A stretch of 64,000 bases of DNA from positions 6,378-70,377 of the forward strand of contig JAGNLA010000009.1 of assembly GCA_017999835.1 (NCBI GenBank), in the 5' to 3' direction. Below, piece by piece: positions 10,449 to 21,291 of the stretch. Each line of letters begins with the position of its first letter. Within the stretch, counting starts at the first letter, position 1. This stretch comes from Caldisericia bacterium (lineage in GTDB: Bacteria > Caldisericota > Caldisericia > JAAYUI01). The notes under the pieces are model-generated. The model had not been told where the DNA came from. It worked only from the letters and a program-made list of their open reading frames with translations, and ran no database searches. Both the position numbers and the translations under genes were made by a program.

Positions 10449-11466
10449 AGGCCTCCATTATCTTTGTTTCAATCTGGTTCATTACTTCTGGTCTCTTGGA
10501 AAGCTCTTCTCTGGCGTTGTCTCTGCCTTGTCCAAGCCTGTCGCCACTATAGCTGAACCATGTTCCACTCTTTTCAATGACTCCAAGGTCAACACCCAAC
10601 GAAAGCAGCTGCGATTCTCTGCTGACACCATGTCCAAAGATCAACTCAAAACTGCAACTGTGGTATGGCGGTGCAACCTTGTTTTTGACAACCTTCACCT
10701 TGACTTCAGAACCATAAATCCTGTCGCCGTCTTTCATGGACTCGCCACGTCTGACCTCAAGCCTGATGGTTGAATAGAACTTTAGGGCTCTTCCGCCTGT
10801 GGTTGTTTCAGGGTTTCCAAACATAACACCGATTTTTTCACGGATCTGGTTGATAAATATTCCGCATGTCTTGCTCTTGCTCATGGCGCCGGTGAGTTTT
10901 CTCATGGCTTGACTCATCAGCCTTGCCTGGAGGCCCATCACTGAGTCGCCCATTTCACCTTCAAGTTCCGCTCTTGGGACAAGGGCAGCAACCGAGTCGA
11001 TGACAAACAGGTCAATTGCTCCAGACCTTGTTAGGATTTCTGCGATTTCAAGCGCCTGCTCGCCTGAGTCAGGCTGCGATATGATCAAATCGGCAAGATT
11101 GACGCCGAGTCTTTCGGCATAGGATGGATCAAGTGCGTGTTCGGCGTCTATAAACACTGCCTTGCCGCCCTGTTTTTGACAAGCAGCGATGGTTGTCAGA
11201 GCTACGGTTGTTTTACCCGAACCCTCGGAGCCGTAGATTTCAACAATTCGACCCCTTGGCATACCACCGACACCAAGCGCAATGTCAAGTGAGATAATGC
11301 CTGTCGGGATGATCTCGACTGCCATTCTGCCATGACCATCGCCAAGCTTCATGACTGTGCCTTTGCCGAACTGCTTTTCAATAGAGGCAATCGCTGATTC
11401 TAAAGCCTTTTCCCTTTCGGTGTTGGCGGCGGCAGCAGCGTTTGATGCGTTTGTGCCTTTCTCCAT
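10402..11466 (-). CDS. recA: Recombinase RecA
   Basis: [74 protein letters not shown]. Start at 11466 or 11472. Confidence 0.99.
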   Translation of the reverse strand: MEKGTNASNAAAAANTEREKALESAIASIEKQFGKGTVMKLGDGHGRMAVEIIPTGIISLDIALGVGGMPRGRIVEIYGSEGSGKTTVALTTIAACQKQGGKAVFIDAEHALDPSYAERLGVNLADLIISQPDSGEQALEIAEILTRSGAIDLFVIDSVAALVPRAELEGEMGDSVMGLQARLMSQAMRKLTGAMSKSKTCGIFINQIREKIGVMFGNPETTTGGRALKFYSTIRLEVRRGESMKDGDRIYGSEVKVKVVKNKVAPPYHSCSFELIFGHGVSRESQLLSLGVDLGVIEKSGTWFSYSGDRLGQGRDNAREELSKRPEVMNQIETKIMEAYGLGKKAETAAKKGA

Positions 11467-12020
11467 TAGCATTCTCCTTCAAGATTCCTCTGCCAGAGAG
11501 GAGTATATATGGACCCTGACGGGTTCAGTTCAGATTTTATTAACTCCAAAGAAATAAAATGTTGGTTTTGCGGTGGTTTTGGAAGACTTTCAAGTGTTTG
11601 TTCCAAATTGCTTGGCTTGGAGTCTTTAATTCTTGCCAAGGTCAAATGACCGACAAAAGCTTTATCCTCTAACTCATAACCAAATGAATTTGCTATTTGG
11701 TCAACATTTTTAGCTAATTCGGCAAGATTGTTTGATTCAACGCCATACCAGACAACCCTTGGGTTTGCCATTTTGGGGAAAACACCAGGTTTTGTAAACG
11801 TAAAAGGCATCGATTTAAGAGATAAAGTTTCTAGTTTTTTTGAAATCTGCGGCACTAATGAATCGTCGGTGTCGCCTAAAAATTTTAGTGTAAGATGAAA
11901 ATTTGTCGGTTTGGTAAACGATGCTTCCATACCGGATTTTTTAAGTTTCAAAACACAATCTGAAAGGAACTGCCTCGATTCTTCCGGCAGTGTGAGGGCG
12001 ATGAAGGTTCTAAGCTTCAA
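11466..12020 (-). CDS. thpR: RNA 2',3'-cyclic phosphodiesterase (2H family, LigT-like)
   Basis: RTFIAL, two HxT motifs (FHLTLKFLG and GHLTLAR), LIKSEL.P.G.IY. TTG 12020 follows a GGAGAGG site. Confidence 0.92.
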   Translation of the reverse strand: MKLRTFIALTLPEESRQFLSDCVLKLKKSGMEASFTKPTNFHLTLKFLGDTDDSLVPQISKKLETLSLKSMPFTFTKPGVFPKMANPRVVWYGVESNNLAELAKNVDQIANSFGYELEDKAFVGHLTLARIKDSKPSNLEQTLESLPKPPQNQHFISLELIKSELNPSGSIYTPLWQRNLEGEC

Positions 12021-13315
12021 TCCTCTCCCCTTCCAGATCGTAGCCGTCAAAACCTGTGACCTTCACAAGCACAATTTCACCGTCGGAAACTTCCTCGGCA
12101 TCAACCTTGATTGTGCAGTCGATTTCGGGAGCGTCAGCCTGGGTGCGACCGATTGAAGAACCGACATCGCTGTAATCGATGATGGCTGGAATAACCTTGC
12201 CAACTTTTGCCTTGTTGGCTTCAAAGACAATTCCCTGCTCAATTTCAAGGATTTCCTGGCTTCTCAGTTCGGCAATCCCTACCGGTGGGTAATCCATCTC
12301 TTTTGCCTTTGTGCCTGGCTCTGGAGAGAACGGGAATGCGCCTAATCTGTCGAACTTGACATTGCTAATGAAAGTTTTGAGCTCTTCGAATTCCGTGGTG
12401 GTTTCACCAGGGAAACCGGTAATCAGTGATGTCCTTACCGTTGAATCCGGGAATTCGGTTCTGATGGTTTGAATGAGTTTGTAAATCTCATCACGGTTGG
12501 GTTTTGGTCTTGCCATGTTTTCAAGGATTTTGTCCGACACATGCTGAATCGGAATGTCAAAGTAGGGCAAAACCTTTGGTGTCTTGAAGCCATCAATGAT
12601 TTTCTGATTCAAGTGCATCGGGTTCAGGTACTGAACCCTTATCCAGTCAATACCATCAATCTTTGAAATCTCACCAAGCAATTTTGGCAGATCGTAGTCA
12701 AGATCGAGGCCAACGATGGATGTGTCCTGAGCGATGATGATCAATTCACGGGTTCCGTTTTGTGCAAACGCTGCAGCCTCGGCTACCAAGTTTTTCAGTG
12801 GAAAGCTGTGGTACGGCCCACGAATCGACGGTATGGTGCAAAACGAGCAAGCGTGCGAGCAGCCTTCGGCAACCCTCAGATATGCAACATGAGGAAGGGT
12901 AAGCTGTAGTCTTGGCAGGAGAGATCCTTGAGCAGAATCTTTGACTGAGGCCTTAAAAATCTTTTCCTTTGCGGCTTTTGTGGCCATGTCGTTTATGCCG
13001 GTGCCAAGCCAGGAATCAACCTGCGGGAACTTTTCCTTGAGTGTCTCTCCGAGCATTTGAGGCAAACAACCGGTTACAACTATCTTTTTTACTCTTTTTT
13101 CATTCTTGAGCTCAATGGCATTTTCGATGACTTCGTAGCTTTCGTTCCTCGAGGATTCAAGAAATGAACAGGTGTTAATAAAAAGCGTGTCGCATTCTTC
13201 AGGATCAAAAACAATTTCGTACCCATCATCAGCAAGCTGTGCCATGATCTGTTCAGCATCCACCAACGCTTTTGGGCAACCAAGGGCAATAATGGCTACT
13301 CGCTCTTTTTTTCAT
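12010..13315 (-). CDS. rimO: Ribosomal protein S12 methylthiotransferase with an apparent frameshift in the A7 run after its ATG
   Basis: LGCPKALVD, NTCSF, VTGC, radical SAM CSHACSFC and a C-terminal TRAM domain (GRTQADAPEID). ATG 13315 is followed by 7 A and is out of frame with ERVAIIALGCPK. Confidence 0.9.
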
Positions 13316-15651
13316 TTTAAAGCCTCTTTGAGCACTTCATCGATTGTTTCGACAAAAACAAAAGTCATTTCGTTTCTAATTTGTTCCGGAACTTTGGCAA
13401 CATCGGGTTTGTTGTCTGCTGGGAGCAAAACTTTCCTGATGCCATAGCGATGGGCTGCCAATACTTTTTCCTTGACTCCACCTATCGGCAGAACCTTGCC
13501 ACGAAGCGTTATTTCACCGGTCATGGCCACGTCAGATTTTACTGGAACCTTGCGCAATGCAGAAACCAGAGATGTGGTTATCGAAACGCCGGCCGAAGGG
13601 CCATCTTTAGGTGTGGCGCCTTCAGGAACGTGGATATGGATGTCAAACTTGTCGGCTTTGAAGTCGTCGCCAATGCCTATTTCCGACACATGTGACCTTG
13701 TGTAGGAAAGCGCAGCCTGCGCCGATTCCTTCATGACATCGCCAAGTTGACCGGTAAGAATGAGTTTGCCATTTCCTTCCATGACGGTGGTTTCAACAAA
13801 CAGCACTTCGCCACCCATCTCGGTTACGGCAAGACCAGTTGCAACTCCAATTTCATCTTTTTTTAGATGAGCTTCAGATTTGAAAATCGGGATGTCCAGC
13901 CAGGTTTCAACGTCGTTCTCATCGATTGTAATCTTCTTCCAGTCAGATGACTCGACTTTTTTCTTGGCTATTTTTCGCATAAGTGAAGCGATCTTGCGTT
14001 CGAGAGTTCTGAGGCCGGCTTCCCTTGTGTAGTTTTTGATGATCCTGCTGATAGCCTTATCAGTCAACCCAATATCTTCAGGTTTTAGACCGTTACTCTC
14101 CATCTGCTTGGGGATGAGGAAGTTTTTGGAGATATAGACTTTGTCAAACTCGGTGTAGCCTGGAATAAAGATAACTTCCATCCTGTCAAACAAAGCCCTT
14201 GGGATGGTGTGAGTGACGTTTGCCGTGGTGATAAAAAGTACCTCGGATAAATCGTACGGAATCTCAAGGTAGTGGTCTGAAAAGGATGTGTTCTGTTCAG
14301 GATCAAGCGCTTCAAGCAACGCTGACGTCGGGTCACCGCGGAAATCCACTCCTACCTTGTCGATTTCGTCAAGCAGGAAAACTGGGTTTGACGAACCGGC
14401 AGTCTTCATGCCTTGGATTATTCTGCCTGGAAGGGCCCCGACGTATGTTCGCCTGTGTCCTCTGATTTCTGCTTCGTCCTTGATGCCACCAAGCGAAATT
14501 CTGACAATTTTTCTACCCATGGCTCTGGCAACTGATTTGCCAAGCGAGGTTTTCCCGACACCAGGAGGTCCAACAAGGCAAAGAATCGGACTTTTGACTT
14601 TTGGCGCCAGTTTTCGGACAGCCAAAAACTCCAAAATCCTCTCCTTGACCTCTTCAAGGTCATAATGATCCTCATCAAGAATCTTTTGTGAGTTTGCTAT
14701 ATCAATAGAGTCCTGGGTTTTAATCTCCCACGGCAGGTCAAACAGCCAGTCAAGATAGTTCCTTGCAACCGAAGCTTCGGCTGCCATTGGAGGCATTTTT
14801 TCAAGCTTGTCGAGTTGTTCGTTGATTGCGTCCACAACGTGCTTTGGAAGATTTTTTCTGTCTTCCATTTTTTTCCTGTAAACGCCAATTTCGGACGAGA
14901 ATTCTGAATTCGACTCGCCAAGTTCCTTCTGGATTGCACGGAGCTGTTCACGGAGGTAAAACTCTTTCTGGCTCTTGTCGATTTTAGTTTTGACTTCGTT
15001 TTCTATCTTGTTTTGCAGGCTCATTATCTCGAGTTCTTTGCTCAGAACCTCGATGATCATTTCAAGCCTGTCGGATATTTTTTCTGTTGCCAGAATCTGC
15101 TGTTTTGCCTGGATGCTGATGTTGATGTGTGAAGAAACCACGTCCACAAGCAGATGAGGGTCGCTGATGCTTTCAAGACCAAAAAGCAACTCAGGGACAA
15201 GCCTGCGGTTGATTTTGATGTACTCTTCAAATCTTTCCATGAGCACTCTGGTCATGGCTGTGATCTGAGGAGTTATCTCGCTTTTGTCAACAATAGGTGT
15301 GATGCTGACCGTTGTAAGCTTTTCCTGGTCATTGAACTTTGTGATTTTTACCCTCTGGAGACCCTCGATAACGATGCGCAGATTGCCATCCGGCATCTTC
15401 TGCTGGATTTGCATGATCTCGCAGCCAACACCAATCTTGTAGAGTTCGTCTTGCGTTGGCTCGTCAATCAACTCGGAGAGCTGTGCTGTACAAACTATGA
15501 ATTTGTCTGTTTCAAACGCTTTTTCTACTGCATTAATCGATTTTTCTCGACCTATAATCAATGGCACCGTCATGGACGGGAAAAGCACCAGATTGCGCAA
15601 CGGCAATAATGGAGCTTCTTTTTTTGACCATTTTTTTGTTTTTTGCTGCAT
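13312..15651 (-). CDS. lon: ATP-dependent Lon protease
   Basis: [67 protein letters not shown] 15651 chosen because it lies just after the clpX stop. Confidence 0.98.
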   Translation of the reverse strand: MQQKTKKWSKKEAPLLPLRNLVLFPSMTVPLIIGREKSINAVEKAFETDKFIVCTAQLSELIDEPTQDELYKIGVGCEIMQIQQKMPDGNLRIVIEGLQRVKITKFNDQEKLTTVSITPIVDKSEITPQITAMTRVLMERFEEYIKINRRLVPELLFGLESISDPHLLVDVVSSHINISIQAKQQILATEKISDRLEMIIEVLSKELEIMSLQNKIENEVKTKIDKSQKEFYLREQLRAIQKELGESNSEFSSEIGVYRKKMEDRKNLPKHVVDAINEQLDKLEKMPPMAAEASVARNYLDWLFDLPWEIKTQDSIDIANSQKILDEDHYDLEEVKERILEFLAVRKLAPKVKSPILCLVGPPGVGKTSLGKSVARAMGRKIVRISLGGIKDEAEIRGHRRTYVGALPGRIIQGMKTAGSSNPVFLLDEIDKVGVDFRGDPTSALLEALDPEQNTSFSDHYLEIPYDLSEVLFITTANVTHTIPRALFDRMEVIFIPGYTEFDKVYISKNFLIPKQMESNGLKPEDIGLTDKAISRIIKNYTREAGLRTLERKIASLMRKIAKKKVESSDWKKITIDENDVETWLDIPIFKSEAHLKKDEIGVATGLAVTEMGGEVLFVETTVMEGNGKLILTGQLGDVMKESAQAALSYTRSHVSEIGIGDDFKADKFDIHIHVPEGATPKDGPSAGVSITTSLVSALRKVPVKSDVAMTGEITLRGKVLPIGGVKEKVLAAHRYGIRKVLLPADNKPDVAKVPEQIRNEMTFVFVETIDEVLKEALK

Positions 15652-15656
15652 ATTTG

Positions 15657-16919
15657 TTATGCTGACCTCTTCATTTCCACTACTTGACCATCTGAGTCGA
15701 TGAGTGTTGCTTTTGATTCGTTCCTTGCTGCCTTGCCGTCGATTATGCACTTGGCGATTGTTTTCATGGATGGAACGACGTAAAGCACGTCAAGCATTAT
15801 TCTTTCAAAAATTGAACGCAGCGCCCTAGCGCCTGTTCCAAGTTTTTGGGCTCTTTGGGCAATTTCCCTCAAAGCCTCATCAGTAACTTCAAGCTGGACA
15901 CCCTCGCTGCCAAGCAACGCTTCGTACTGCTTGACCAATGCGTTCTTTGGTTCGACAAGGATTTTCATCAGCTCATCAACTGTTAGCCCTGAGACCGTGG
16001 TATAAACAGGAAATCTTCCGACAAACTCTGGAATGAGACCGAATTTCATCAGGTCGTCAGGTGTGACGTTTGCCAAAAGCTCGCTGTCGGAATAGTTTTC
16101 TGTCAGTTCTCTGGTGTAGCCAACCTGCTTGCGACCGATTCTGTTTGCAATGATTTTTGGGAGAGCCTCAAACATACCGCCAACGATAAACAATATCTTG
16201 CTGGTATCAACCTGGATGAACTGCTGCTGTGGATGCTTTCTTCCACCTTGAGGCGGGACGTTGCAGACTGTGCCTTCGACCATTTTAAGCAACGCCTGCT
16301 GGACACCTTCGCCAGAGACGTCGCGGGTGATTGATGGACTTTCCGATTTCCTGCCAATTTTGTCTATTTCGTCGATGTAAACGATGCCAACTTGTGCAGC
16401 GTCCACATCAAAATCAGCGCTTCGAAGCAAACCGAGGAGAACGTTTTCCACGTCTTCACCAACATAGCCGGCTTCGGTAAGTGTTGTTGCGTCAGCAATG
16501 GTGAACGGAACATTAAGAACCTGGGCAAGCGTCCTGGCGATAAGGGTTTTTCCCGAGCCTGTCGGCCCAATGAGCATGATATTGGATTTTTCAATATCAA
16601 CGCTTGAACCCTTCATCCCAAGGATTGACCTATAATGTTTGTAAACAGCTACGCTGATTACTTTTTTTGCCTCATCCTGACCGATAATGTAGGAGTCAAG
16701 CTTTTTATGGATTTCAACCGGCGAAGGGATATGACCGAGTCTTTTCCTTATTCTTCTTGAAGCGTCGTCTTCCAAAACCTTTGCAGCTGCCTTGATACAA
16801 TTCTCGCATATGAAAGAATTGACACCTTCCATGCCCCTGACTCCAAAACCCAGGGGTTGTCCACAGAAAGAGCAGACCTGCTGTTGTTGTTCTTGACCTG
16901 GTGTGTTTTCGTCAGTCAT
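15657..16919 (-). CDS. clpX: ClpXP ATP-binding subunit
   Basis: Zn finger [58 protein letters not shown]. Confidence 0.98.
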   Translation of the reverse strand: MTDENTPGQEQQQQVCSFCGQPLGFGVRGMEGVNSFICENCIKAAAKVLEDDASRRIRKRLGHIPSPVEIHKKLDSYIIGQDEAKKVISVAVYKHYRSILGMKGSSVDIEKSNIMLIGPTGSGKTLIARTLAQVLNVPFTIADATTLTEAGYVGEDVENVLLGLLRSADFDVDAAQVGIVYIDEIDKIGRKSESPSITRDVSGEGVQQALLKMVEGTVCNVPPQGGRKHPQQQFIQVDTSKILFIVGGMFEALPKIIANRIGRKQVGYTRELTENYSDSELLANVTPDDLMKFGLIPEFVGRFPVYTTVSGLTVDELMKILVEPKNALVKQYEALLGSEGVQLEVTDEALREIAQRAQKLGTGARALRSIFERIMLDVLYVVPSMKTIAKCIIDGKAARNESKATLIDSDGQVVEMKRSA

Positions 16920-17511
16920 TTGACTTTGCGATGGACTCGATTACCTTGTCGGCAAGTCCGTAGGCAACGGCTTCTTGTGCGGTCATGTAGTTATCACGTT
17001 CCGCATCAGCGTAAACCTTGTCGTATGGCTGATTTGTATGCTTTGCAAGAATTTCGGTGAGTGTCTTTTTGAGCCTGAGCATTTCTTTAACCTGAATCTC
17101 AAGATCGGTTCCCTGACCTTGTGCGCCACCGGAAAGCTGGTGAATCATAACTCTGGAGTTCGGGAGAATGAAACGTCTTCCTTTTTCGCCAGCTGCAAGG
17201 AGCACTGAAGCCATTGAAGCTGCCTGACCGATGCAGATTGTTGAAACAGGGGCCGAGACAAACTGCATTGTGTCATAGATGGCAAGGCCTGACGTCACTA
17301 TGCCGCCAGGGGAATTGATGTAGAGACTGATTTCTTTTTTTGGGTCATCGGCATCAAGAAATAAAAGCTGAGCAATGACCGAACTTGCAATCTGGTCTTC
17401 GATCATTTCAGACGACAGGAAAATAATCCTGTCCTTAAGAAGTCTTGAATAGATGTCATACTGGCGCTCGCCCAGACTTGTCTGTTCGATCACCCAGGGA
17501 ATTGAGTACAT
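16912..17511 (-). CDS. clpP: Clp protease proteolytic subunit
   Basis: [43 protein letters not shown]. Confidence 0.98.
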   Translation of the reverse strand: MYSIPWVIEQTSLGERQYDIYSRLLKDRIIFLSSEMIEDQIASSVIAQLLFLDADDPKKEISLYINSPGGIVTSGLAIYDTMQFVSAPVSTICIGQAASMASVLLAAGEKGRRFILPNSRVMIHQLSGGAQGQGTDLEIQVKEMLRLKKTLTEILAKHTNQPYDKVYADAERDNYMTAQEAVAYGLADKVIESIAKSND

Positions 17512-17523
17512 GTGCCCTCCTTG

Positions 17524-18777
17524 TTAAGAGAGCTTTACCTTACCCTCGATGGCCTCGACAGTTTTTCTTTTTCTGAGAGATTCAGCAACATTTTCTCTTA
17601 CATGCTCTGTGTTAAGGTTGCCGGATTGTCTTCCGGACTGTTTCATGTAATGACGAATCTTCTCGATTTCGCTATCGATTTCTTCATTTTTGACATCAAT
17701 GTCGAGTTTTTCTGAGAATTCATCGATTATGATGTCAAGCTTGGTTGTGTTTTCAGCCTTCGGGGTGAGTTCGGCTCGAAGTTTTTCTTCCGTCATGTCA
17801 CGGTTTTTCAGGTACTGGGTCATTGTGATGTTGCGTCTTGCAAGCTCCCTTGCAAGCGAGTTCCATTCGTCCTCTACTGCAGCATCTATCAATGCTTTTG
17901 GTATATGAATCGTTGTTTTGTCCAGGAACGTCTTAAAAAGTTCCTGTTCTATAAATTGTTGTCTTCTTTCAACATTTGCTGATTCGAGTTCGGCAACAAC
18001 GGCTTTCTTGAGTGTTTCTACCGTATCGAATCCTACATTTTTTGCCAACTCGTCGTTGAGTTCAGGCATTTTACGTTCTTTTATCTGTCCAACCACATAT
18101 TCAATGTCGACTGGCTCTTTGCCTTCGGAAAGCTCGACCGTGGCTTTACCTGTATCATCCTTGGATTTTCCAATGAGGTTTTTGTCGAATCCTTTAACAA
18201 AATCGTCTCTGCCAATCTCGACAAGCTCTTCTTTCCATCTGTCGCTGGCGCGTCCTTCATTGATGGTTGCCCATTTGAAATAGACGAAATCGGTATCCTG
18301 TGCTTTGCGGTCTACCGGTTCCATGGTTGCATACTGAAGCATGATTCTGTCGATTGCCGAAGAGATGTCTTTGTCTGTAACTTCAAATTTTGGAACTTTA
18401 ATCGATATTTTTTCAAGCTCTGGGAGTTCAAAATCTGGAACGTGTTCAATTTTTATCTCGAGTTCGAGCGGTCCTTCGCCTTCAAAGCTGATGACTTTGA
18501 CGTGCGGTCTGCCGACCATTCTGATTTTGCCATCGCCGATGAGTTTTTCGAAGGCTTGTGAATAGGCTAAATCGACATAATCTTCTTTTAATGCATCAAT
18601 GCCGTAAAATGAAAGGAAAACATTATATGGGGCTTTTCCTGGTCTGAATCCAGGTATTTTAACTTTGGAAACTTTATCTTTGTATACCTGTTCAAACCCT
18701 TGGCTCACTTCTTCAGGTGAGAATGTGGCTTTGCCGATCAGTTCGGTCTGGCCACTTGGGCTCGTATCTATATTCAT
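17524..18777 (-). CDS. tig: Trigger factor
   Basis: Ribosome-binding motif IPGFRPGKAP, FKBP-like middle domain (GFDKNLIG, ELNDELAK). Sits upstream of clpP-clpX-lon. Confidence 0.93.
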   Translation of the reverse strand: MNIDTSPSGQTELIGKATFSPEEVSQGFEQVYKDKVSKVKIPGFRPGKAPYNVFLSFYGIDALKEDYVDLAYSQAFEKLIGDGKIRMVGRPHVKVISFEGEGPLELEIKIEHVPDFELPELEKISIKVPKFEVTDKDISSAIDRIMLQYATMEPVDRKAQDTDFVYFKWATINEGRASDRWKEELVEIGRDDFVKGFDKNLIGKSKDDTGKATVELSEGKEPVDIEYVVGQIKERKMPELNDELAKNVGFDTVETLKKAVVAELESANVERRQQFIEQELFKTFLDKTTIHIPKALIDAAVEDEWNSLARELARRNITMTQYLKNRDMTEEKLRAELTPKAENTTKLDIIIDEFSEKLDIDVKNEEIDSEIEKIRHYMKQSGRQSGNLNTEHVRENVAESLRKRKTVEAIEGKVKLS

Positions 18778-18799
18778 CGTTGTCCTTTAGAAAATGAAA

Positions 18800-18874
18800 T
18801 GGAGCGGAAGACGGGATTTGAACCCGCGACATCGACCTTGGCAAGGTCGCGCTCTACCACTGAGCTACTCCCGC
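18800..18874 (-). tRNA. tRNA-Gly(GCC)
   Basis: GCGGGAGTAGCTCAGTGGTAGAGC-GCGAC-CTTGCCAA-GTCG...GGTTCAAATCC...CGCTCCA. CCA is encoded. Confidence 0.96.
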
Positions 18875-18893
18875 TCGTTATACACTCTACACA

Positions 18894-18977
18894 TGCGAAG
18901 GGCGGGATTTGAACCCGCAAGGACTTGCGTCCACTGAATCCTAAGTCCAGCGCGTCTGCCAGTTTCGCCACCCTCGC
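18894..18977 (-). tRNA. tRNA-Leu(TAG)
   Basis: GCGAGGGTGGCGAAACTGGCAGACGC-GCTGGA-CTTAGGA-TTCAG, long variable arm, GGTTCAAATCC. No CCA encoded. Confidence 0.94.
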
Positions 18978-19037
18978 GCACACGCAGGATTTAATATATT
19001 AAAATCGAGCCCATTTTTCAAGTATCAAGGTTAAGAA

Positions 19038-19997
19038 TCAGGAGACCAAGAGGTCCCATGTAGTATCAGACGACAAAATCAGCCCATCTGGTTTATGTGC
19101 GCTAACGGCAAAACCCATTTCGATGAAGTTGTTTATCGTTTGTGATTTGAACTCAGGAATCAAGACTTTTACAAGCTTTGCCCCTCTAGAGGCTAACCCT
19201 TTTACTGCCATCTCAACCAGCTTGGCTTCAATAAGCTTTTCATCGCTTAGTTTTTTAACCTCATCGATGGCAACGGAAATAACTTTTATTTCGCCAAGTT
19301 TTTTTTCATCAATGGAGGAAACCACTATTCCGGTGAGAGTGTTGTGAACGTAGGCATGGTAACATAATTCAGGATCGAACTGTCCGCCAAGATCTTCCTT
19401 CATTGAAGCCAGCCATCGCTGCCTCGGTTCTCTTTCAGGGAGTTCGCCTTTTGTTTGAGTGTCACCAAGATCAGAAAGAGCAATTACAAGTGCCACTTCT
19501 GATTCATTTTCTGGTTTCCACGGTGTAAACTGGTAACCTTCCGGGGTTTTTAAAGGATTGAAATTGGCAACATCGAGATAGAGTATTGCCTGAGGAAGAA
19601 CCATGAAACCGATGTGTACAAGTGGCTCAGTCATATAATCGCCGTCTACTATGACGTTGGATACTTCGACTGTTTCGATTGAAGTCTTTGCCTTGACGGT
19701 CTTATAAATATGTTTGACCATTGCCATGGCGACAGCTTTTCTGTCTGAATCTCTTGCGATAAGTAGGCTTGTCGACCTAAGCTCCTGATCAACAACCTTG
19801 CCTGCAATAAAACCAATCATACGTGGACCAGCAATTGCCGTACAGACGATTGAGTCTTCTTTTAATGGTTCTCTTATTTCGTGAAGGATGTGTTCGGCAA
19901 TATTCTCAGGCAGACCTATGTCTATGACTTCACGTCTTGCAAAATCCATAAGACGCCTTGTGTTACCTTGCCAGATATCTAGTTGGATGTCTTTCAT
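19038..19997 (-). CDS. Hypothetical protein with two degenerate GNAT-like folds
   Basis: ATG 19997 follows AAGGGA; the longer ORF call starts inside tRNA-Lys. Repeated beta-strand patterns (MIGFIAG..., LTGIVVS...EIKVISV) and closing motifs LVHIGF and FIEMGF. Confidence 0.5.
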   Translation of the reverse strand: MKDIQLDIWQGNTRRLMDFARREVIDIGLPENIAEHILHEIREPLKEDSIVCTAIAGPRMIGFIAGKVVDQELRSTSLLIARDSDRKAVAMAMVKHIYKTVKAKTSIETVEVSNVIVDGDYMTEPLVHIGFMVLPQAILYLDVANFNPLKTPEGYQFTPWKPENESEVALVIALSDLGDTQTKGELPEREPRQRWLASMKEDLGGQFDPELCYHAYVHNTLTGIVVSSIDEKKLGEIKVISVAIDEVKKLSDEKLIEAKLVEMAVKGLASRGAKLVKVLIPEFKSQTINNFIEMGFAVSAHKPDGLILSSDTTWDLLVS

Positions 19998-20014
19998 TCC
20001 CTTTTTTCTTGAAG

Positions 20015-20090
20015 TGGTGGGGCGCACAGGACTCGAACCTGTAACCGCCTGATTAAGAGTCAGATGCTCTACCAATTGAGCTAGCGCCCC
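20015..20090 (-). tRNA. tRNA-Lys(CTT)
   Basis: GGGGCGCTAGCTCAATTGGTAGAGCA-TCTGA-CTCTTAA-TCAGG...GGTTCGAGTCC...CCCCACCA. Confidence 0.96.
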
Positions 20091-20109
20091 ACATGTTTAC
20101 AATAAGATC

Positions 20110-20183
20110 CGCGCCCAGCAGGATTTGAACCCGCAACCTACGGATCCGAAGTCCGTCGCTCTATCCAGTTGGGCTATGGGCGC
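20110..20183 (-). tRNA. tRNA-Arg(TCG)
   Basis: GCGCCCATAGCCCAACTGGATAGAGCG-ACGGA-CTTCGGA-TCCGT...GGTTCAAATCC...GGGCGCG. No CCA encoded. Confidence 0.93.
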
Positions 20184-20196
20184 ATTTCCTGAATAC

Positions 20197-20273
20197 TGGT
20201 GGGCCCAGCAGGAATTGAACCTGCGGCCTACGGTTTAGGAAACCGTCGCTCTATCCAACTGAGCTATGGGCCC
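20197..20273 (-). tRNA. tRNA-Arg(CCT)
   Basis: GGGCCCATAGCTCAGTTGGATAGAGCG-ACGGT-TTCCTAA-ACCGT...GGTTCAATTCC...CCCACCA. Confidence 0.95.
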
Positions 20274-20279
20274 AAGAAG

Positions 20280-20353
20280 CGAGCCCGGGGTGACTCGAAC
20301 ACCCGACCACCTGCTTAGAAGGCAGATGCTCTATCCATCTGAGCTACGGGCCC
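20280..20353 (-). tRNA. tRNA-Arg(TCT)
   Basis: GGGCCCGTAGCTCAGATGGATAGAGCA-TCTGC-CTTCTAA-GCAGG...TGTTCGAGTCA...GGGCTCG. No CCA encoded. Confidence 0.93.
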
Positions 20354-20377
20354 ATATTGTACAACTACTTTTCAAAG

Positions 20378-20454
20378 TGGTCGGGGAGGGCAGATTCGAA
20401 CTGCCGACCTTCTGGTCCCAAACCAGACGCGCTACCAAACTACGCCACTCCCCG
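20378..20454 (-). tRNA. tRNA-Pro(TGG)
   Basis: CGGGGAGTGGCGTAGTTTGGTAGCGCG-TCTGG-TTTGGGA-CCAGA...AGTTCGAATCT...CCCGACCA. Confidence 0.96.
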
Positions 20455-20489
20455 CTTTCGCGGAGCCTTTACTGGCAACCGACTTTGGA

Positions 20490-20517
20490 ATTATAGCGAA
20501 CTGGGGTCAGACTTCAA
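20490..20517 (-). promoter_or_regulatory. Putative sigma70 promoter of the tRNA cluster (TTGAAG-N16-TATAAT)
   Basis: Consensus -10 TATAAT at 20495-20490 and -35 TTGAAG at 20517-20512, 35 nt before tRNA-Pro. Confidence 0.65.
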
Positions 20518-21291
20518 TTAAAGACCGAGCGCTCTACGAATTGCTGATTCCAGCTGCGTCGCTTCGCTACTACCTTCAATTATCGCACCGGTATTTGTAA
20601 AATAAACCTTCCCGGTTGAGTCCAAAAGAGTGAACTGTGGAATACCTTGACCTACATAAATGCCGGCAATTTTGCTTGACTGCGGATCATGTAAAACAGG
20701 ATAACGTATTCCTTCTGAGGAGGCAAATTCCTTTGCCAATGTAAGATTGCCCGGCTCATCAACATTGATCCCAAGCACAACCAAACCATTGTCTTTATAC
20801 TTGTTGTACATGGCTATCATCGTTGATGTTGAAGCCTTACATGGCGGACACCATTGCGCCCAAACATCAATAAGATAAAGTTTCCCACCACCGTTTGAGA
20901 AGTTAACTGTTTTCCCATTTGCGTTCTTCCACTCCAAAGCACCTTCAGATTGCGATACGACTCTTGCGCTCACAACTTCCGTGAACCATTCCTTGTCTAT
21001 GTTTTCTGTCACTGGCTGGCTTGGCTCTGTTGGTTCTGTCGTTTCTGACGGAGAACTGCCCTGAGAATCTTCATTTGTTGTTTCTTCTGGTTCAGTCGTT
21101 GTGTCTTCGTTTGCCTGCTGGTTTTCCGTTGAATTGCCTGCTTTTTTGGGCTCAGACACAACTTGGTTGTTCTGCTCCGAAACCGATTGACCCTGAGAGA
21201 CCGTTTCAAGATTGACTTCAGTCTTGCCGCAGCCAGCAAACAGCACAGCAACTATCCCAACGATAAGCAACAATGATAGCATTTTTCTCAT
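20518..21291 (-). CDS. TlpA/ResA-like thiol-disulfide oxidoreductase lipoprotein
   Basis: Lipobox LFAGC, a long Ser/Thr/Glu/Gln/Pro-rich linker, thioredoxin motif DVWAQWCPPC, VLGINVD and GIPQFTLLD..GKV. Confidence 0.88.
   Translation of the reverse strand: MRKMLSLLLIVGIVAVLFAGCGKTEVNLETVSQGQSVSEQNNQVVSEPKKAGNSTENQQANEDTTTEPEETTNEDSQGSSPSETTEPTEPSQPVTENIDKEWFTEVVSARVVSQSEGALEWKNANGKTVNFSNGGGKLYLIDVWAQWCPPCKASTSTMIAMYNKYKDNGLVVLGINVDEPGNLTLAKEFASSEGIRYPVLHDPQSSKIAGIYVGQGIPQFTLLDSTGKVYFTNTGAIIEGSSEATQLESAIRRALGL

Noticed and set aside
12010-15651. Lon-RimO read-through fusion protein
   Set aside because: The frames are continuous across the TGA, but lon ends at a normal C-terminus and the ATGA overlap plus A7 run is explained more simply by a one-base indel.
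19998-20075. Extended start of the 345-aa ORF
   Set aside because: It lies within tRNA-Lys(CTT); ATG 19997 has an RBS.
18800-20454. tRNA cluster or tRNA-Arg(CCG) as an integration site for a genomic island containing the array
   Set aside because: No integrase and no duplicated tRNA 3' fragment found in the window.
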